Shown here: positions 10,734-22,152 of the stretch, piece by piece | Numbering within the stretch: position 1 is the stretch's first letter | Layout: each line of letters begins with the position of its first letter | NCBI GenBank assembly: GCA_963674945.2 | Contig: CAXXWQ010000003.1 | Span: 192,001-256,000, forward strand | DNA from: an uncultured Desulfosarcina sp. | GTDB taxonomy: Bacteria; Desulfobacterota; Desulfobacteria; Desulfobacterales; Desulfosarcinaceae | DNA length: 64,000 nucleotides | Direction: 5' to 3' | Made by a program: the position numbers and the translations under genes | Notes under the pieces: model-generated | Told to the model about the DNA's origin: nothing | Databases searched by the model: none | Seen by the model: only the letters and a program-made list of their open reading frames with translations

Positions 10734-11144
10734 TCAAAGCAGCTTGAGACTGATCTTCCCGTCACTTGCGGCCAGGAGTTGAAACAGATGATCTCCCATG
10801 CGAAATCCGTCCCGGGCCTTGCGGGCCTCGATTCGATGGGGATAGCCGTATTGCGGATCCAATGCAAGAATGTACAGTTCCAGTAAAAGGGCGCCATCGT
10901 CACTACCGCGATACACGATCCGATCATTGCCGATCTGTCTGCTTCGGTTTTTTGTCAACAGGATTCGCTTTTCCGTCGTCGGGTGGCCCAGCGTCCCTGA
11001 TGAGGCCTGCTCCGATTCCTTTTGCCAATGGTATTCGGGATTTTTCATACCGATCCAAAGATACCAGACACAACCTAAGAAAAAGAGACCACAGACGGAA
11101 AAAAAGACGACGGGTGGCCATTTGGGTTCATTATCATCATTCAC
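10734..11144 (-). CDS. Hypothetical protein with an N-terminal transmembrane segment
   Basis: 136 aa ORF with a hydrophobic N-terminus; converges on the kinase stop with a 6 bp gap. Confidence 0.6.
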   Translation of the reverse strand: MNDDNEPKWPPVVFFSVCGLFFLGCVWYLWIGMKNPEYHWQKESEQASSGTLGHPTTEKRILLTKNRSRQIGNDRIVYRGSDDGALLLELYILALDPQYGYPHRIEARKARDGFRMGDHLFQLLAASDGKISLKLL

Positions 11145-11314
11145 GAGAAAATCCTGCCGTTACGAGTTCCAGCGTCAAAGGGAAACGAAAAAGAGAATAA
11201 ATATCGATCTTACACTCTTTTTTCAAGCTGAAATTCCTTTTCCATAACAGGAACGTAGAAATCGATGCTACGCGTATTCCAATCCGAAATTTTAAATTTA
11301 ATAGAGGCGCAATC

Positions 11315-11620
11315 ATGAATGTCATCGCAGACCTGTGTATCGTTCCCTTAGGTGTCGGCGTATCGGTATCTCCCTACGTTGCAGCCTGTCATCGAATTCT
11401 TCAAGGGGCCGGCCTCGATCCCCATTTACACGCCTACGGAACCAATATCGAGGGCGATTGGGAGACCGTTTTTACGGCCATTCGCCGTTGTCATGAAGAG
11501 ATCCACCGAATGGGGGCACCGAGAATCACCACTACGCTGAAGTTCGGGACCCGAACGGACAGAGAGCAGCACATGGCCGACAAGGTGAAAAGTGTACAGG
11601 AGAAACTTGAAGACGTGTAA
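11315..11620 (+). CDS. MTH1187/YqgV (thiamine-binding-like, DUF77) family protein
   Basis: VPLGVGVSVSPYVA, HAYGTNIEG, GAPRI and RTDR motifs; GAGG RBS. Confidence 0.88.
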   Translation: MNVIADLCIVPLGVGVSVSPYVAACHRILQGAGLDPHLHAYGTNIEGDWETVFTAIRRCHEEIHRMGAPRITTTLKFGTRTDREQHMADKVKSVQEKLEDV

Positions 11621-11758
11621 AACGTCAGATTTCGGACGGCTTCGTAAAAAGCCCGCGATCAAGGATTGCGAACCCTGAGGAATGAGGCGTATGGTTGAAT
11701 ACGTCGCAGTGACGAGGGGTGAAGCGTAACGCCGATATCGGACTTTTTACGAAGTCGG
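11609..11758. mobile_element. MITE-like palindromic repeat, family 1, copy 1
   Basis: Core 11635-11758 has terminal inverted repeats GACGGCTTCGTAAAAAGCC...GGACTTTTTACGAAGTCG. It is nearly the reverse complement of 16504-16627. A degenerate extra TIR-like unit lies at 11609-11627. Confidence 0.8.
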
Positions 11759-11953
11759 AGGATCCTTTTCGACGAATCTGCGATTATTGGGATATCCAAG
11801 TACCAGTCGAAGACGCCGGTCGTATCCGCTTCTTCGCTCCCAGTTCGTTCGCCGATCCCCTTCAAAGGGTATCGAAACGAGAAACCGCCGATCCCGACGC
11901 CGACGTCTGCCCCCATTGTCCGTAACGATACCGGATATTAGCGACTCTTTCAC
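11747..11953 (-). CDS. Small Arg-rich protein with repeated (D/E)RR motifs
   Basis: GGGAGGTG RBS before GTG 11953; product contains DNGGRRRRRDRR...DRRTNWERRSGYDRR; its stop lies in the MITE TIR. Confidence 0.55.
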   Translation of the reverse strand: MKESLISGIVTDNGGRRRRRDRRFLVSIPFEGDRRTNWERRSGYDRRLRLVLGYPNNRRFVEKDPPTS

Positions 11954-12191
11954 GAAGCACCTCCCATCTGGGTGTTTGCTGGATCGCAATTCATGGCTGT
12001 CGAATCAATGCAGACGGAGAGAAACAAGAAAATGCGATACAACGTACGAAGAGTGATCAAGGGGCGCTCGAAAATGCCATGCGATCATTGCGACCCAATC
12101 GGTCGCGGATTTCTTTTTTATATTATCCGCAGTGCGTTTGGCTGTCAAAACGATTTTTACCAGGAAAACCGGTGGTAATAGGAGAGCGTGT

Positions 12192-13391
12192 ATGAACATC
12201 CAGGATTATCTCGATTTGGAAAACAAGTTTGGTGCCCACAATTACAAACCCCTGGACGTCGTCCTGACAAAGGGAAAAGGCGTATGGGTGTGGGATATAA
12301 ACGGGAAGAAATACCTGGATTGTCTGGCCGCTTACAGTGCCGTCAACCAGGGACATTGCCACCCGAAGATTCTTTCAGCCATGGTGGAACAGGCACGCAA
12401 CCTGACCCTCACCTCCCGGGCATTTCGCAACGACCAATTGGGTCTTTTTTACAAGGAGATTTGCGAATTGACCCGTTCCCACAAAGTGTTGCCCATGAAT
12501 AGCGGAGCCGAGGCAGTGGAGACGGTTATCAAGGCGGTTCGAAAATGGGGTTACACAGTCAAGGGGATCCCCGAGAATCGATCTGAGATCATCGTTTGTG
12601 CCAATAATTTTCACGGCCGTACCATCACCATCGTGGGATTTTCCACCGATCCGACGGCGAGAAGCGGTTTCGGTCCCTTCACGCCGGGATTTACGATCAT
12701 TCCCTTCGGCGATGCCGACGCCCTGGAGGCGGCCATCACGGAAAATACCGCCGGTTTTCTCGTGGAACCCATCCAGGGAGAGGCCGGCGTAATCATTCCA
12801 CCGGACGGCTACCTCAGGGCCGTCCGTGAAATCTGCACCCGTCGTAACGTCGTGTTGATTTTAGACGAGATTCAGACCGGTCTGGGGCGAACCGGTCGTC
12901 TGCTGGCCGAGGCCCACGAAGGTATCGAAGCCGACCTCACCCTGGTGGGAAAGGCTCTGTCCGGCGGCTTCTATCCCATATCCGCGGTCCTGTCCAACAA
13001 GGAGGTAATGGACGTCCTTCAACCGGGTGAACACGGGTCCACGTTTGGCGGCAATCCTCTGGCGTGCGCCATCGCCAGGACCGCCATGCGGGTCCTCATA
13101 GAAGAAAAGATGGTTGAAAATGCGAAAAAAATGGGCGACTATTTTCTCGCGGGTTTCCGCCGTATCCAAAGCCCGCATATTAAAGAGGTACGCGGCAAAG
13201 GACTGATGATCGCCATGGAGCTTGCCCCCGAAGCCGGCGGAGCCCGTCCTTTTTGCCTCAAACTTGCCCAAAAGGGATTGCTTTGCAAAGAGACCCATGA
13301 ACACACTATCCGGTTCGCGCCGCCGCTGGTCATCGATAAAAATGAGGTGGATTGGGCCCTTGAACGAATCGGTAAGGTAATGGCAAATTAG
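12192..13391 (+). CDS. rocD: Ornithine-oxo-acid aminotransferase
   Basis: [44 protein letters not shown] lysine in [23 protein letters not shown] before ATG 12192. Confidence 0.95.
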   Translation: MNIQDYLDLENKFGAHNYKPLDVVLTKGKGVWVWDINGKKYLDCLAAYSAVNQGHCHPKILSAMVEQARNLTLTSRAFRNDQLGLFYKEICELTRSHKVLPMNSGAEAVETVIKAVRKWGYTVKGIPENRSEIIVCANNFHGRTITIVGFSTDPTARSGFGPFTPGFTIIPFGDADALEAAITENTAGFLVEPIQGEAGVIIPPDGYLRAVREICTRRNVVLILDEIQTGLGRTGRLLAEAHEGIEADLTLVGKALSGGFYPISAVLSNKEVMDVLQPGEHGSTFGGNPLACAIARTAMRVLIEEKMVENAKKMGDYFLAGFRRIQSPHIKEVRGKGLMIAMELAPEAGGARPFCLKLAQKGLLCKETHEHTIRFAPPLVIDKNEVDWALERIGKVMAN

Positions 13392-14348
<957 letters not shown>

Positions 14349-14353
14349 CGGCG

Positions 14354-15295
14354 ATGAAACGCCACGACAACCCGATCCTGCTGGTCGCACTGGGTGGCAA
14401 TGCCTTGATCCGGAAGGGACAGGCCGGAACCGTACAGGAGCAGTTTGCCAACCTGAAGGTTCCCATGACCCAGATTGCCCGTCTATCGAAATCATACCGG
14501 ATCATTATCACCCACGGCAACGGCCCCCAGGTTGGCGATCTGCTGCTGCAACAAGAGTATTGCGAAACCGCTGTCCGTTTGCCATTGGAGATCCTCGTCG
14601 CCCAGACCCAGGGTCAAATCGGCTATATGATCGAATCGACCCTGGATGAAGCCCTCATGGCACAAGGTATCGACGACCAACCCCTTGTCAGCCTCATCAG
14701 TTACGTGGTCGTGGACCGGTCAGATGAAGCGTTTCGATCGCCTTCGAAACCGGTGGGACCGGTTTTTTCAAAGGAAAAGGCCGCCACCCTGCCCTATCCC
14801 ACGATCCGGACGCCCAAGGGGTATCGAAGGGTCGTGGTCTCCCCAAAACCGGTGACCATCGTGGAAAAACGGGAGATCAAGACCCTGATCGACACGGGTT
14901 TCATCGTGATCTGCTGCGGCGGCGGCGGTATTCCCGTGGTACGTTCCGGGCGCACATTCGACGGGGTGGATGCCGTCATCGACAAGGATCTGGCCAGTGC
15001 TCGCCTGGCAGAAGAGGTGGGTGTGGATCTTTTCGTGATCGCCACCGATGTGGATGGCGTGGCCCTTGATTTTAAAAAGCCCGGCGAGCGGTACCTGAAA
15101 CGTCTGAATCTGGTGTCCGCTGCCAAGTTCGCCGCCGCGGGCCAATTCTCCCCCGGTGCCATGCTTCCGAAAGTGGAAGCGGCAATGCAGTTTGTGGCCT
15201 ATGGCGGCAAACGGGCCGTCATTACCCGTGTGGATCGTATCGCTGATGCGGTGGCGGGAAAATCCGGCACCACGATCGTATCGGAAAACGGATGA
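14354..15295 (+). CDS. arcC: Carbamate kinase
   Basis: ALGGNAL, THGNGPQVG, QGQIGY, KPVGP, GGGGIPV, AVIDKD and MLPKV. Confidence 0.95.
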   Translation: MKRHDNPILLVALGGNALIRKGQAGTVQEQFANLKVPMTQIARLSKSYRIIITHGNGPQVGDLLLQQEYCETAVRLPLEILVAQTQGQIGYMIESTLDEALMAQGIDDQPLVSLISYVVVDRSDEAFRSPSKPVGPVFSKEKAATLPYPTIRTPKGYRRVVVSPKPVTIVEKREIKTLIDTGFIVICCGGGGIPVVRSGRTFDGVDAVIDKDLASARLAEEVGVDLFVIATDVDGVALDFKKPGERYLKRLNLVSAAKFAAAGQFSPGAMLPKVEAAMQFVAYGGKRAVITRVDRIADAVAGKSGTTIVSENG

Positions 15296-15356
15296 TCCCA
15301 ACGATTTCGAGGCATACACCGGGCCACGACGAGGAAATTCCCAACCAGAATAAAAG

Positions 15357-15500
15357 TCAGCTACTGGCTTTTCGCAATTCGCCATTAGCATTGATGTGTT
15401 GGCCATTTATCAGTATTTCAATTACCACCCATTGAATTGTGTACAGACCTTCGGTAATTTTATGCAATCATTCTGCAAATCGCTAACAGCTAACGGCTAA
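15357..15500. repeat. Heptamer-ended dispersed element, family 2, copy A
   Basis: Left (TTAGCNN)-like heptamers, AT-rich core, right (NNGCTAA)n heptamers; the core aligns by eye with 16654-16796 and 20685-20765. Confidence 0.65.
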
Positions 15501-15556
15501 GAACGCAATTTAGACAAAAATAAAAATCATTAACCTTTCTATACAAAGGAGGCACG

Positions 15557-16492
15557 ATGACCCCTTTTCCACTGTCCCACGTAATCGAATCCCAGCAGTT
15601 CGACCGGGAGTTGCTGGAAGTCGTTTTTGCAACCGCAGACCGGATGAAGGAAGATCTTCAAGGTGAACGCCGTCTGGCGAAAAGTCTGGAGGGAAAGATC
15701 ATGGCCTCCATGTTTTACGAACCCTCCACCCGGACTCGATTCTCATTCGAAAGTGCCATGCTGCGGCTGGGCGGATCGGTCATCACCACGGAAAACGCCC
15801 GTGAATTCTCCAGCGCCGCCAAGGGGGAGAGTCTTTCCGACTCCACCCGTATCTTGAACGGCTACGCCGATGTGATTGTCATGCGTCACAACGAGGCGGG
15901 AAGTGCGGCGCGGGCGGCGGAAATCTCCCGCGTACCGGTAATCAACGCAGGGGACGGCGCCGGCCAACATCCCACCCAGGCCCTTTTGGACACCTACACC
16001 ATCGTGGACGCATTCCCGGACATGGACAACCTGAAGATTGCCATGGTCGGCGACCTGCGGTACGGTCGAACGGTACGCTCTTTGTCCTACCTGCTCACCA
16101 AGTATGAAAATGTCCAAATCATCTTCGTCTCACCGCCGGTTTGCAAGATGGAGGGAGACATCAAGGCATACCTGGACAAATACGCGGTATCCTGGCGTGA
16201 GGAGAGTGATTTGGATAGCGTCGCGTCGGAAGTGGACTGCATCTATATGACCCGTATCCAGAAGGAACGGTTTCATAGCCCCGAAGATTACCAGGAAGCC
16301 GCCGGGAAATATATTCTGACGCTCGAGCGGGTCCAGGCCATGAAACCGAATGCCATCATCATGCACCCCTTGCCGCGGGTGGACGAGATTCCCATGGATG
16401 TGGACGCGGATCCCCGCGCCCGGTATTTTCAGCAGGCCCAAAACGGCCTTTTCATTCGTATGGCCTTGCTATATCTGCTGTTGACAAGGTAA
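15557..16492 (+). CDS. pyrB: Aspartate carbamoyltransferase catalytic chain
   Basis: EPSTRT, HPTQALLD, GDLRYGRT, TRIQKER and MHPLPR; AAGGAGG RBS. Confidence 0.96.
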   Translation: MTPFPLSHVIESQQFDRELLEVVFATADRMKEDLQGERRLAKSLEGKIMASMFYEPSTRTRFSFESAMLRLGGSVITTENAREFSSAAKGESLSDSTRILNGYADVIVMRHNEAGSAARAAEISRVPVINAGDGAGQHPTQALLDTYTIVDAFPDMDNLKIAMVGDLRYGRTVRSLSYLLTKYENVQIIFVSPPVCKMEGDIKAYLDKYAVSWREESDLDSVASEVDCIYMTRIQKERFHSPEDYQEAAGKYILTLERVQAMKPNAIIMHPLPRVDEIPMDVDADPRARYFQQAQNGLFIRMALLYLLLTR

Positions 16493-16503
16493 GCGATAGC
16501 ATT

Positions 16504-16655
16504 AACGGCTTCGTAAAACGTCCGATATCGGCGTTACGCTTCATCCTTCGTCATTGCAGCGTACGATAGGTACGCCTCATTCCTCAGGACTCGCAATCCT
16601 TGATCTCGGGCTTTTTACGAAGCCGTCCGAACAGTGAATTTTTTATCAGACCATC
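16504..16655. mobile_element. MITE-like palindromic repeat, family 1, copy 2 (inverted relative to copy 1)
   Basis: ACGGCTTCGTAAAACGTCC...GGGCTTTTTACGAAGCCGTC, plus a degenerate TIR-like tail GAATTTTTTATCAGACCATC. Confidence 0.8.
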
Positions 16656-16796
16656 AGCCTTTAGCGATCAGCTGTTAGCCCCTATTTGTTGAGCGTTGAT
16701 CAATAGCTCAATGTTCAACGATTGGATTATACGCATAATTTCAGCAATTCTGTAAATTATGCTGCTAATTCCGAAAAGCTAACGGCGAATCGCTAA
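16654..16796. repeat. Heptamer-ended dispersed element, family 2, copy B
   Basis: tcagcct|ttagcga|tcagctg|ttagccc ... aagctaa|cggcgaa|tcgctaa; core colinear with copy A. Confidence 0.65.
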
Positions 16797-17042
16797 ATGC
16801 AGGACTCGTTCAGATTGCCGGCGCTCCACTCGGACACACCATATGTAGTATCACAATCCGACAAACTACCCCCCAAATTGTGCTTTCCCCTTTACAACCA
16901 CAGACAATGATGGTATGAAAAACGTAATTTTCGATCCAATCGGAAAAGGGCGATCGCACTTCATCGATGTTCTTCACGCCCATGATCATCATTCGTTGAT
17001 ACAATAGATTGTTTCGTATGCGCCAGGTAGGAGCAGGCAAAG

Positions 17043-20000
17043 ATGAAACTGAAAAAACTGGATATCGTCGGTTTCAAGTCCTTTTTTGAAAAAGCCACCA
17101 TCGCCTTTCCGCCGGGTATCTGTGCGGTAGTCGGGCCCAATGGATGCGGAAAAAGCAACGTTGTGGATGCCCTTCGCTGGGTGATGGGCGAGCAGAGCCT
17201 CAAACAACTTCGGGGAAAAAACAAGGAAGACATCATTTTCTCCGGTGCCAACGGTAAGCCGCCGTTGAATATGGCCGAAGTCTCCGTCACCCTGGTCAAC
17301 GATAACGGATCCATGCCCGACGAGTACCGCGATTTCAGCGAAATCATGGTGACCCGACGCCTCTTTCGCAGCGGGGAAACCGCCTACCTGATCAACAAAC
17401 GGCCCTGCCGTCTCAAGGATATCCATAATATTTTCATGGGCAGCGGGGTGGGTGCCCGCACCTACGCCGTCATCCAACAGGGAAATATCGGCGCCATCAC
17501 CGATGCCGGTCCCGAAGAGCGTCGGGTATTCATCGAAGAGGCGGCCGGTGTCACACGCTATAAAATGCGCAAGACCGAAGCATTGCGAAAGGTAGCTGCC
17601 ACCAATCAGAACCTTTTGCGGGTCAAGGACATCATCATCGAGATCGACAGACAGATGAACGGTCTGAAACGCCAGGCCCGAAAAGCCGAACGGTTCAAAC
17701 GACTCAAGGAAAAGGCGCGGCAACTGGACATTCGGCTGATCCGCCACCACGACACCGAATTGCACCGGCAGGAGACCGAAGCAAACGCACTGCTTACATC
17801 CTTGAAAGACGAGGAGATCGGCTACACGACGAACTTGAAAAAAATCGATGCGGCCATCGAGGCGATCAAACTTCGAAAACAACAAAAAGACAAGGATATT
17901 TCCCAGCGCAAATCGCGACAATTCGAGATCCAGCGCAAGATCGATCGCATGGAGGCCGAGCTTGCCCACATGAAAACGGACCGGGAACGCCTGGTGGGCG
18001 AGGTCGGCGAGCTCAAGACGATGCGATGCGACCTTGAGGCGAAAAACGTCTCCATTATATCGGAAATCGATTCGGTCCAGGCACAGCACGAAACGCTGCA
18101 AAGCCAGATTGACCGGATCAAAGCAGCCATCGAGCAGGAGAATCAAAACTCCACCGGTATTCGGGAACAGATTGCGGCTCTCAACCGAACGCTGGAAAGC
18201 GGAAAAAATGACCTGATGAAGATCGTTGCCGAAGAGGCTCGCATCAAAAACACACACCAAAACACCGCCAGCAACCGTGAAAGCCTTGTGCGAAGACGCA
18301 AACGGGCCGACGAGGAGGCGGTGCTAGCCGAAAAAAACGTACGGGAAGCGTCGGACCGAAAGGCGGTGGTTGAAGCCGAACTGCAGCAGGTAAAAAAGGT
18401 GATCCGGGATCTGGACAATCAAATCGAACAGTCGAAAACGGAATTGGACGGCGCCATCGCCGATCTCTCCGCCCAGGTCAAGACCACCCAGACGCTGGAA
18501 ATGGAGCGCAGCAAGGCACACAGCAGCCTCGCCGCATTAAAAAAGATGGAGGCGAACCTGGACTGGTACAAAGACGGTGTCAAGGCCGTCTTGTCGGCAG
18601 CCGGCAAGCAGACGGATTCCCTTTGCGGCATCGTCGGACTTCTGGCCGATGTGATCGAGCCGGCACCCACCTATGACACGGCCGTGGAAGCGGCCCTGGG
18701 CGAATCCCTCCAGTACATTCTGGTAGCGGATCAATCGTCCGGTGCCGGTGCCATTGGCTATTTACAGCAAAACGACGGGGGGCGTTGCGGATTTATCCCC
18801 GTGGGAACCGTACGCAGCGTGGATGACCGCCCGGAAAAACGGCCGGAAGCAGACCATCGCCTGTTGAATCATGTTCATGTCAAGGAAGGATTCGGATCTG
18901 TGGCCGAAGCCCTTTTGGGACACGTGGCCGTGGTCGACACCCTGGAAGATGCACGGGAACGGTTCAACCGCAACGGCCGGGTTCAGACAATCGTTACCCG
19001 CGATGGAGACCTGCTTTCCCACCAGGGACTGATGGTCGGCGGGAGCCCGGACAAGCTCTCGGGCATCTTGGCGAAAAAACAGGAAATCAAGTCCCTGGCA
19101 GAACAGTGCCAACGACTGGAGGACCAGCTGGTGGCTGCCCACGACACCCAGAAGGAGATGGAAAGCAGGGTGCGCGGTCTTGAAAAACGGCTGCAAGAGA
19201 CCATTGCCGAAAAAAACGATTCGGCACAGGAGGCGGTGGAAGCGGAAAAAACCCTCTACCGATCCGAAGAAGATCTGAAGAACGCGAAGCGCCACCTGGA
19301 AATCGCCCGGCTCGAACAGGATCAGCTCATGGGCGAGGAGATGGATCTGGACGAAGAGCTGCAACGCTACAACACCCTTTTGCAAACCGTCGCAGGTGAA
19401 GTTGCCGAGGCGCAGGAACGGGTAGCCCAGACAGCTGCCGAAATCGACGCGACGTCATCGAAACTGGAATCTTTCAACCAGAAAATGATGGACCTGAAAC
19501 TCGAACTCACCTCCGCCACCGCCAACCAGGAAAACTGCAGAGGCACCCTTCGTCGCCTGAAAGATTTTCAGTCGGATGGCATCCGGCGGTTGGAACAATT
19601 GTCCCGGGACATTACCACAAAATCGGAAAAGATCGAAGGAACCGGAAAGCGAGATGAAATCATCAATCGGGACCTTGCCACCCATTACGACGCCTTGCAG
19701 GAACTTTCCGCCCGCTTGCAGACCGACGAAAAAGAGTTTGTAGACATCGATACCCGGCTCAAGGAAAGCGATTCCCAGGTTTCCCAAATTCAAAGCCAAC
19801 GGGAGGCGCTTTTTCAGAAGATTCGTCTGATAGAGACGGATTTGGCAGAAAAACGAATCAAACGGGAAAACCTGGAAAATCGCTGTCAGGAATACTACCA
19901 TTGCACCATCGCGGAACTAAAAAAACCGGCGTCGGGTCAAGAAGAAGGCAATATCGGTGAGCAAGCTCCGGAAATGATAGAAAAGTCTCTCTTTGCCCTT

Positions 20001-20645
20001 CGCAAGAAGATTTCCGCCATCGGCGACGTCAATCTGGAAGCCATCGGCGAATATGAGGCACAAAAGGAGCGATACGACTTCCTTTGCGAGCAGCGGGACG
20101 ATCTGGTCAAGGCCATAGAGGGGCTGCAAAAGGTCATTCGCAAGATCAACCGCATCACCCAGGAACGGTTCCTTGACACCTTCAACCGCATCAACGAAAA
20201 GCTTGCGGAAGTATTTCCGCGCCTGTTCGAAGGCGGCACCGCGAGGCTGGAACTGACCAACCCTCAGGAACCACTGGAAACCGGTGTGGAGTTCATGGTC
20301 CATCCACCCGGAAAGAAACTGACCCGTATGAGTCTGCTCTCCGGTGGAGAGAAGGCCCTTTCGGCCATCAGCTTCATCTTCTCCATCTTCCTGCTCAAGC
20401 CGGCGTCCTTCTGCCTGATGGACGAGATCGATGCCCCCTTGGACGACGCCAACGTCATGCGATTCAACAATTTGATGAAAGTGATCGGAGAAAAGTCCCA
20501 GATCATCATGGTCACCCACAACAAAAACTCCATGGAATTCGCCGATACCTTGTTCGGCATCACCATGGAGCAAAAAGGACTTTCCAAGGTGGTGTCGGTG
20601 GACCTGAACCGCAGGCAAAATACCCCGGAACTGACTGCCGCGTGA
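17043..20645 (+). CDS. smc: Chromosome segregation protein SMC
   Basis: GFKSF, Walker A GPNGCGKSN, long coiled coils with a hinge, LSGGE signature and Walker B LMDEID; 1200 aa. Confidence 0.97.
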   Translation: MKLKKLDIVGFKSFFEKATIAFPPGICAVVGPNGCGKSNVVDALRWVMGEQSLKQLRGKNKEDIIFSGANGKPPLNMAEVSVTLVNDNGSMPDEYRDFSEIMVTRRLFRSGETAYLINKRPCRLKDIHNIFMGSGVGARTYAVIQQGNIGAITDAGPEERRVFIEEAAGVTRYKMRKTEALRKVAATNQNLLRVKDIIIEIDRQMNGLKRQARKAERFKRLKEKARQLDIRLIRHHDTELHRQETEANALLTSLKDEEIGYTTNLKKIDAAIEAIKLRKQQKDKDISQRKSRQFEIQRKIDRMEAELAHMKTDRERLVGEVGELKTMRCDLEAKNVSIISEIDSVQAQHETLQSQIDRIKAAIEQENQNSTGIREQIAALNRTLESGKNDLMKIVAEEARIKNTHQNTASNRESLVRRRKRADEEAVLAEKNVREASDRKAVVEAELQQVKKVIRDLDNQIEQSKTELDGAIADLSAQVKTTQTLEMERSKAHSSLAALKKMEANLDWYKDGVKAVLSAAGKQTDSLCGIVGLLADVIEPAPTYDTAVEAALGESLQYILVADQSSGAGAIGYLQQNDGGRCGFIPVGTVRSVDDRPEKRPEADHRLLNHVHVKEGFGSVAEALLGHVAVVDTLEDARERFNRNGRVQTIVTRDGDLLSHQGLMVGGSPDKLSGILAKKQEIKSLAEQCQRLEDQLVAAHDTQKEMESRVRGLEKRLQETIAEKNDSAQEAVEAEKTLYRSEEDLKNAKRHLEIARLEQDQLMGEEMDLDEELQRYNTLLQTVAGEVAEAQERVAQTAAEIDATSSKLESFNQKMMDLKLELTSATANQENCRGTLRRLKDFQSDGIRRLEQLSRDITTKSEKIEGTGKRDEIINRDLATHYDALQELSARLQTDEKEFVDIDTRLKESDSQVSQIQSQREALFQKIRLIETDLAEKRIKRENLENRCQEYYHCTIAELKKPASGQEEGNIGEQAPEMIEKSLFALRKKISAIGDVNLEAIGEYEAQKERYDFLCEQRDDLVKAIEGLQKVIRKINRITQERFLDTFNRINEKLAEVFPRLFEGGTARLELTNPQEPLETGVEFMVHPPGKKLTRMSLLSGGEKALSAISFIFSIFLLKPASFCLMDEIDAPLDDANVMRFNNLMKVIGEKSQIIMVTHNKNSMEFADTLFGITMEQKGLSKVVSVDLNRRQNTPELTAA

Positions 20646-20684
20646 GCGATCCTATCCAACAGTTATCAAATCCCAAGGTAAGTA

Positions 20685-20765
20685 TAGCAATTGTCTGTCA
20701 GCATCCGTACATTGGACGTTTATCGGTATTTTATCTGCTAGTCGCTACCAGTTAAGGGCGAATCC
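20685..20765. repeat. Heptamer-ended element, family 2, internally deleted copy C
   Basis: tagcaattgtctgtcagcatccgtacattggacgtttatcggtattt matches the left part of copy A; ctgctagtcgctaccagttaagggcgaa matches its right end. Confidence 0.5.
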
Positions 20766-20907
20766 CTCAATTTAAGCCAATCACAAATACATCATGACTA
20801 TATTCAAAATATTCGGTATAACCGGATGCTGAAATGATGCGACGATCTCATTGACAAAGGCCCTGAGCGATTGTCGAGCTTGCCGCAGATGTAAGGAAAG
20901 GATTGCC

Positions 20908-22011
20908 ATGGCACTGAACTGGTTCAAAAAGAAAAAAGACAAGCAGACTCCGGAGACGCCCGACGAAGAAACGGCGGTCGAACAATCCATTGATGCACCA
21001 CCGGAAAGCGAACCGGTATCCTCTCTTGCCGCGGAAGAAAACGACGATCACGGCGTTGCGGAAACCGAAGCCCAGGCAGCAGACGATCCTCCTATGGAAA
21101 AAAAACGCCGCGGCATGTTTTCCCGATTGAAATCCGGTCTTTCCAAGACCCGGGAAATTCTCACAACGGACATCGACGAACTGTTTCTCGGCAAGAAGCT
21201 GGTGGATGACGACATGCTGGAAGAGTTGGAGGAACGGCTGATTACGGCGGACATGGGTGTTGCCACCACCATGGAAATCATAGAGAAGGTCGGCAACAAA
21301 CGATCGCGTATCGGAGGCGCAAAGGAACTCAAACGGGTGCTGCAGGAAGAGATTCTCACTTACTTTGCGACGACCGCTGAAACACCCGCCGAAGAATCCA
21401 CCGCTCCCCGTGTGGTCATGGTGGTCGGCGTCAACGGCGTGGGGAAAACCACCACTATCGGTAAGCTGGCAGCCCATGAATCGGAAAAGGGAAACAAGGT
21501 ATTGGTGGCCGCCGCCGATACCTTCCGGGCCGCCGCCATCGAACAGATTGCCATATGGGCCGAACGCGCCGGTGCGGACATCGTCCGTCACAAGGACAAC
21601 GCCGATCCGGCGGCCGTGGCCTATGACGGTCTCGATGCCGCCATTGCAAGAAAAATGGATGTGGTATTCGTGGATACCGCCGGCCGGCTCCACACCAAGG
21701 TCAACCTCATGGAGGAGATCAAGAAGATCCAGCGCACCCTGAATAAACGCCTGCCCGGTGCGCCACACGAAGTCCTGCTGGTGCTGGACGCCACAACAGG
21801 ACAAAACGCCCTGTCCCAGGCCAAGATGTTCGACGAAGCGTTGGGCGTCACCGGCATTGCACTGACCAAGCTGGACGGTACGGCCAAGGGAGGGATCGTC
21901 GTCAGCATCTGCAAAGAGCTTTCCATTCCACTGCGATACATCGGCGTGGGTGAGGATGTCCAGGATCTTCAGGTATTCGATCCGCAGCGTTTTGTGGAGG
22001 CGTTGTTTTAG
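20908..22011 (+). CDS. ftsY: Signal recognition particle receptor FtsY
   Basis: Acidic N-terminus, GVNGVGKTT, DTFRAAA, DTAGR and TKLDGTAKGG; start placed at ATG 20908. Confidence 0.96.
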   Translation: MALNWFKKKKDKQTPETPDEETAVEQSIDAPPESEPVSSLAAEENDDHGVAETEAQAADDPPMEKKRRGMFSRLKSGLSKTREILTTDIDELFLGKKLVDDDMLEELEERLITADMGVATTMEIIEKVGNKRSRIGGAKELKRVLQEEILTYFATTAETPAEESTAPRVVMVVGVNGVGKTTTIGKLAAHESEKGNKVLVAAADTFRAAAIEQIAIWAERAGADIVRHKDNADPAAVAYDGLDAAIARKMDVVFVDTAGRLHTKVNLMEEIKKIQRTLNKRLPGAPHEVLLVLDATTGQNALSQAKMFDEALGVTGIALTKLDGTAKGGIVVSICKELSIPLRYIGVGEDVQDLQVFDPQRFVEALF

Positions 22012-22152
22012 GAAGGGTTTGAGGGGCCGAGGGGTCAGGTGTGTTTTCCCAAAACCGGCATCGTCGACATCCCACAGCTCCCGCCCCTCCGGGAGACGAG
22101 CATTCCCCTCCAAGCACAGGATTCGCCGGTGCAACGTAACGCACCACTCGTT

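Noticed and set aside
20646..20907. SRP RNA gene next to ftsY
   Set aside because: No conserved SRP domain IV motif was seen; the gap holds a deleted repeat element instead.
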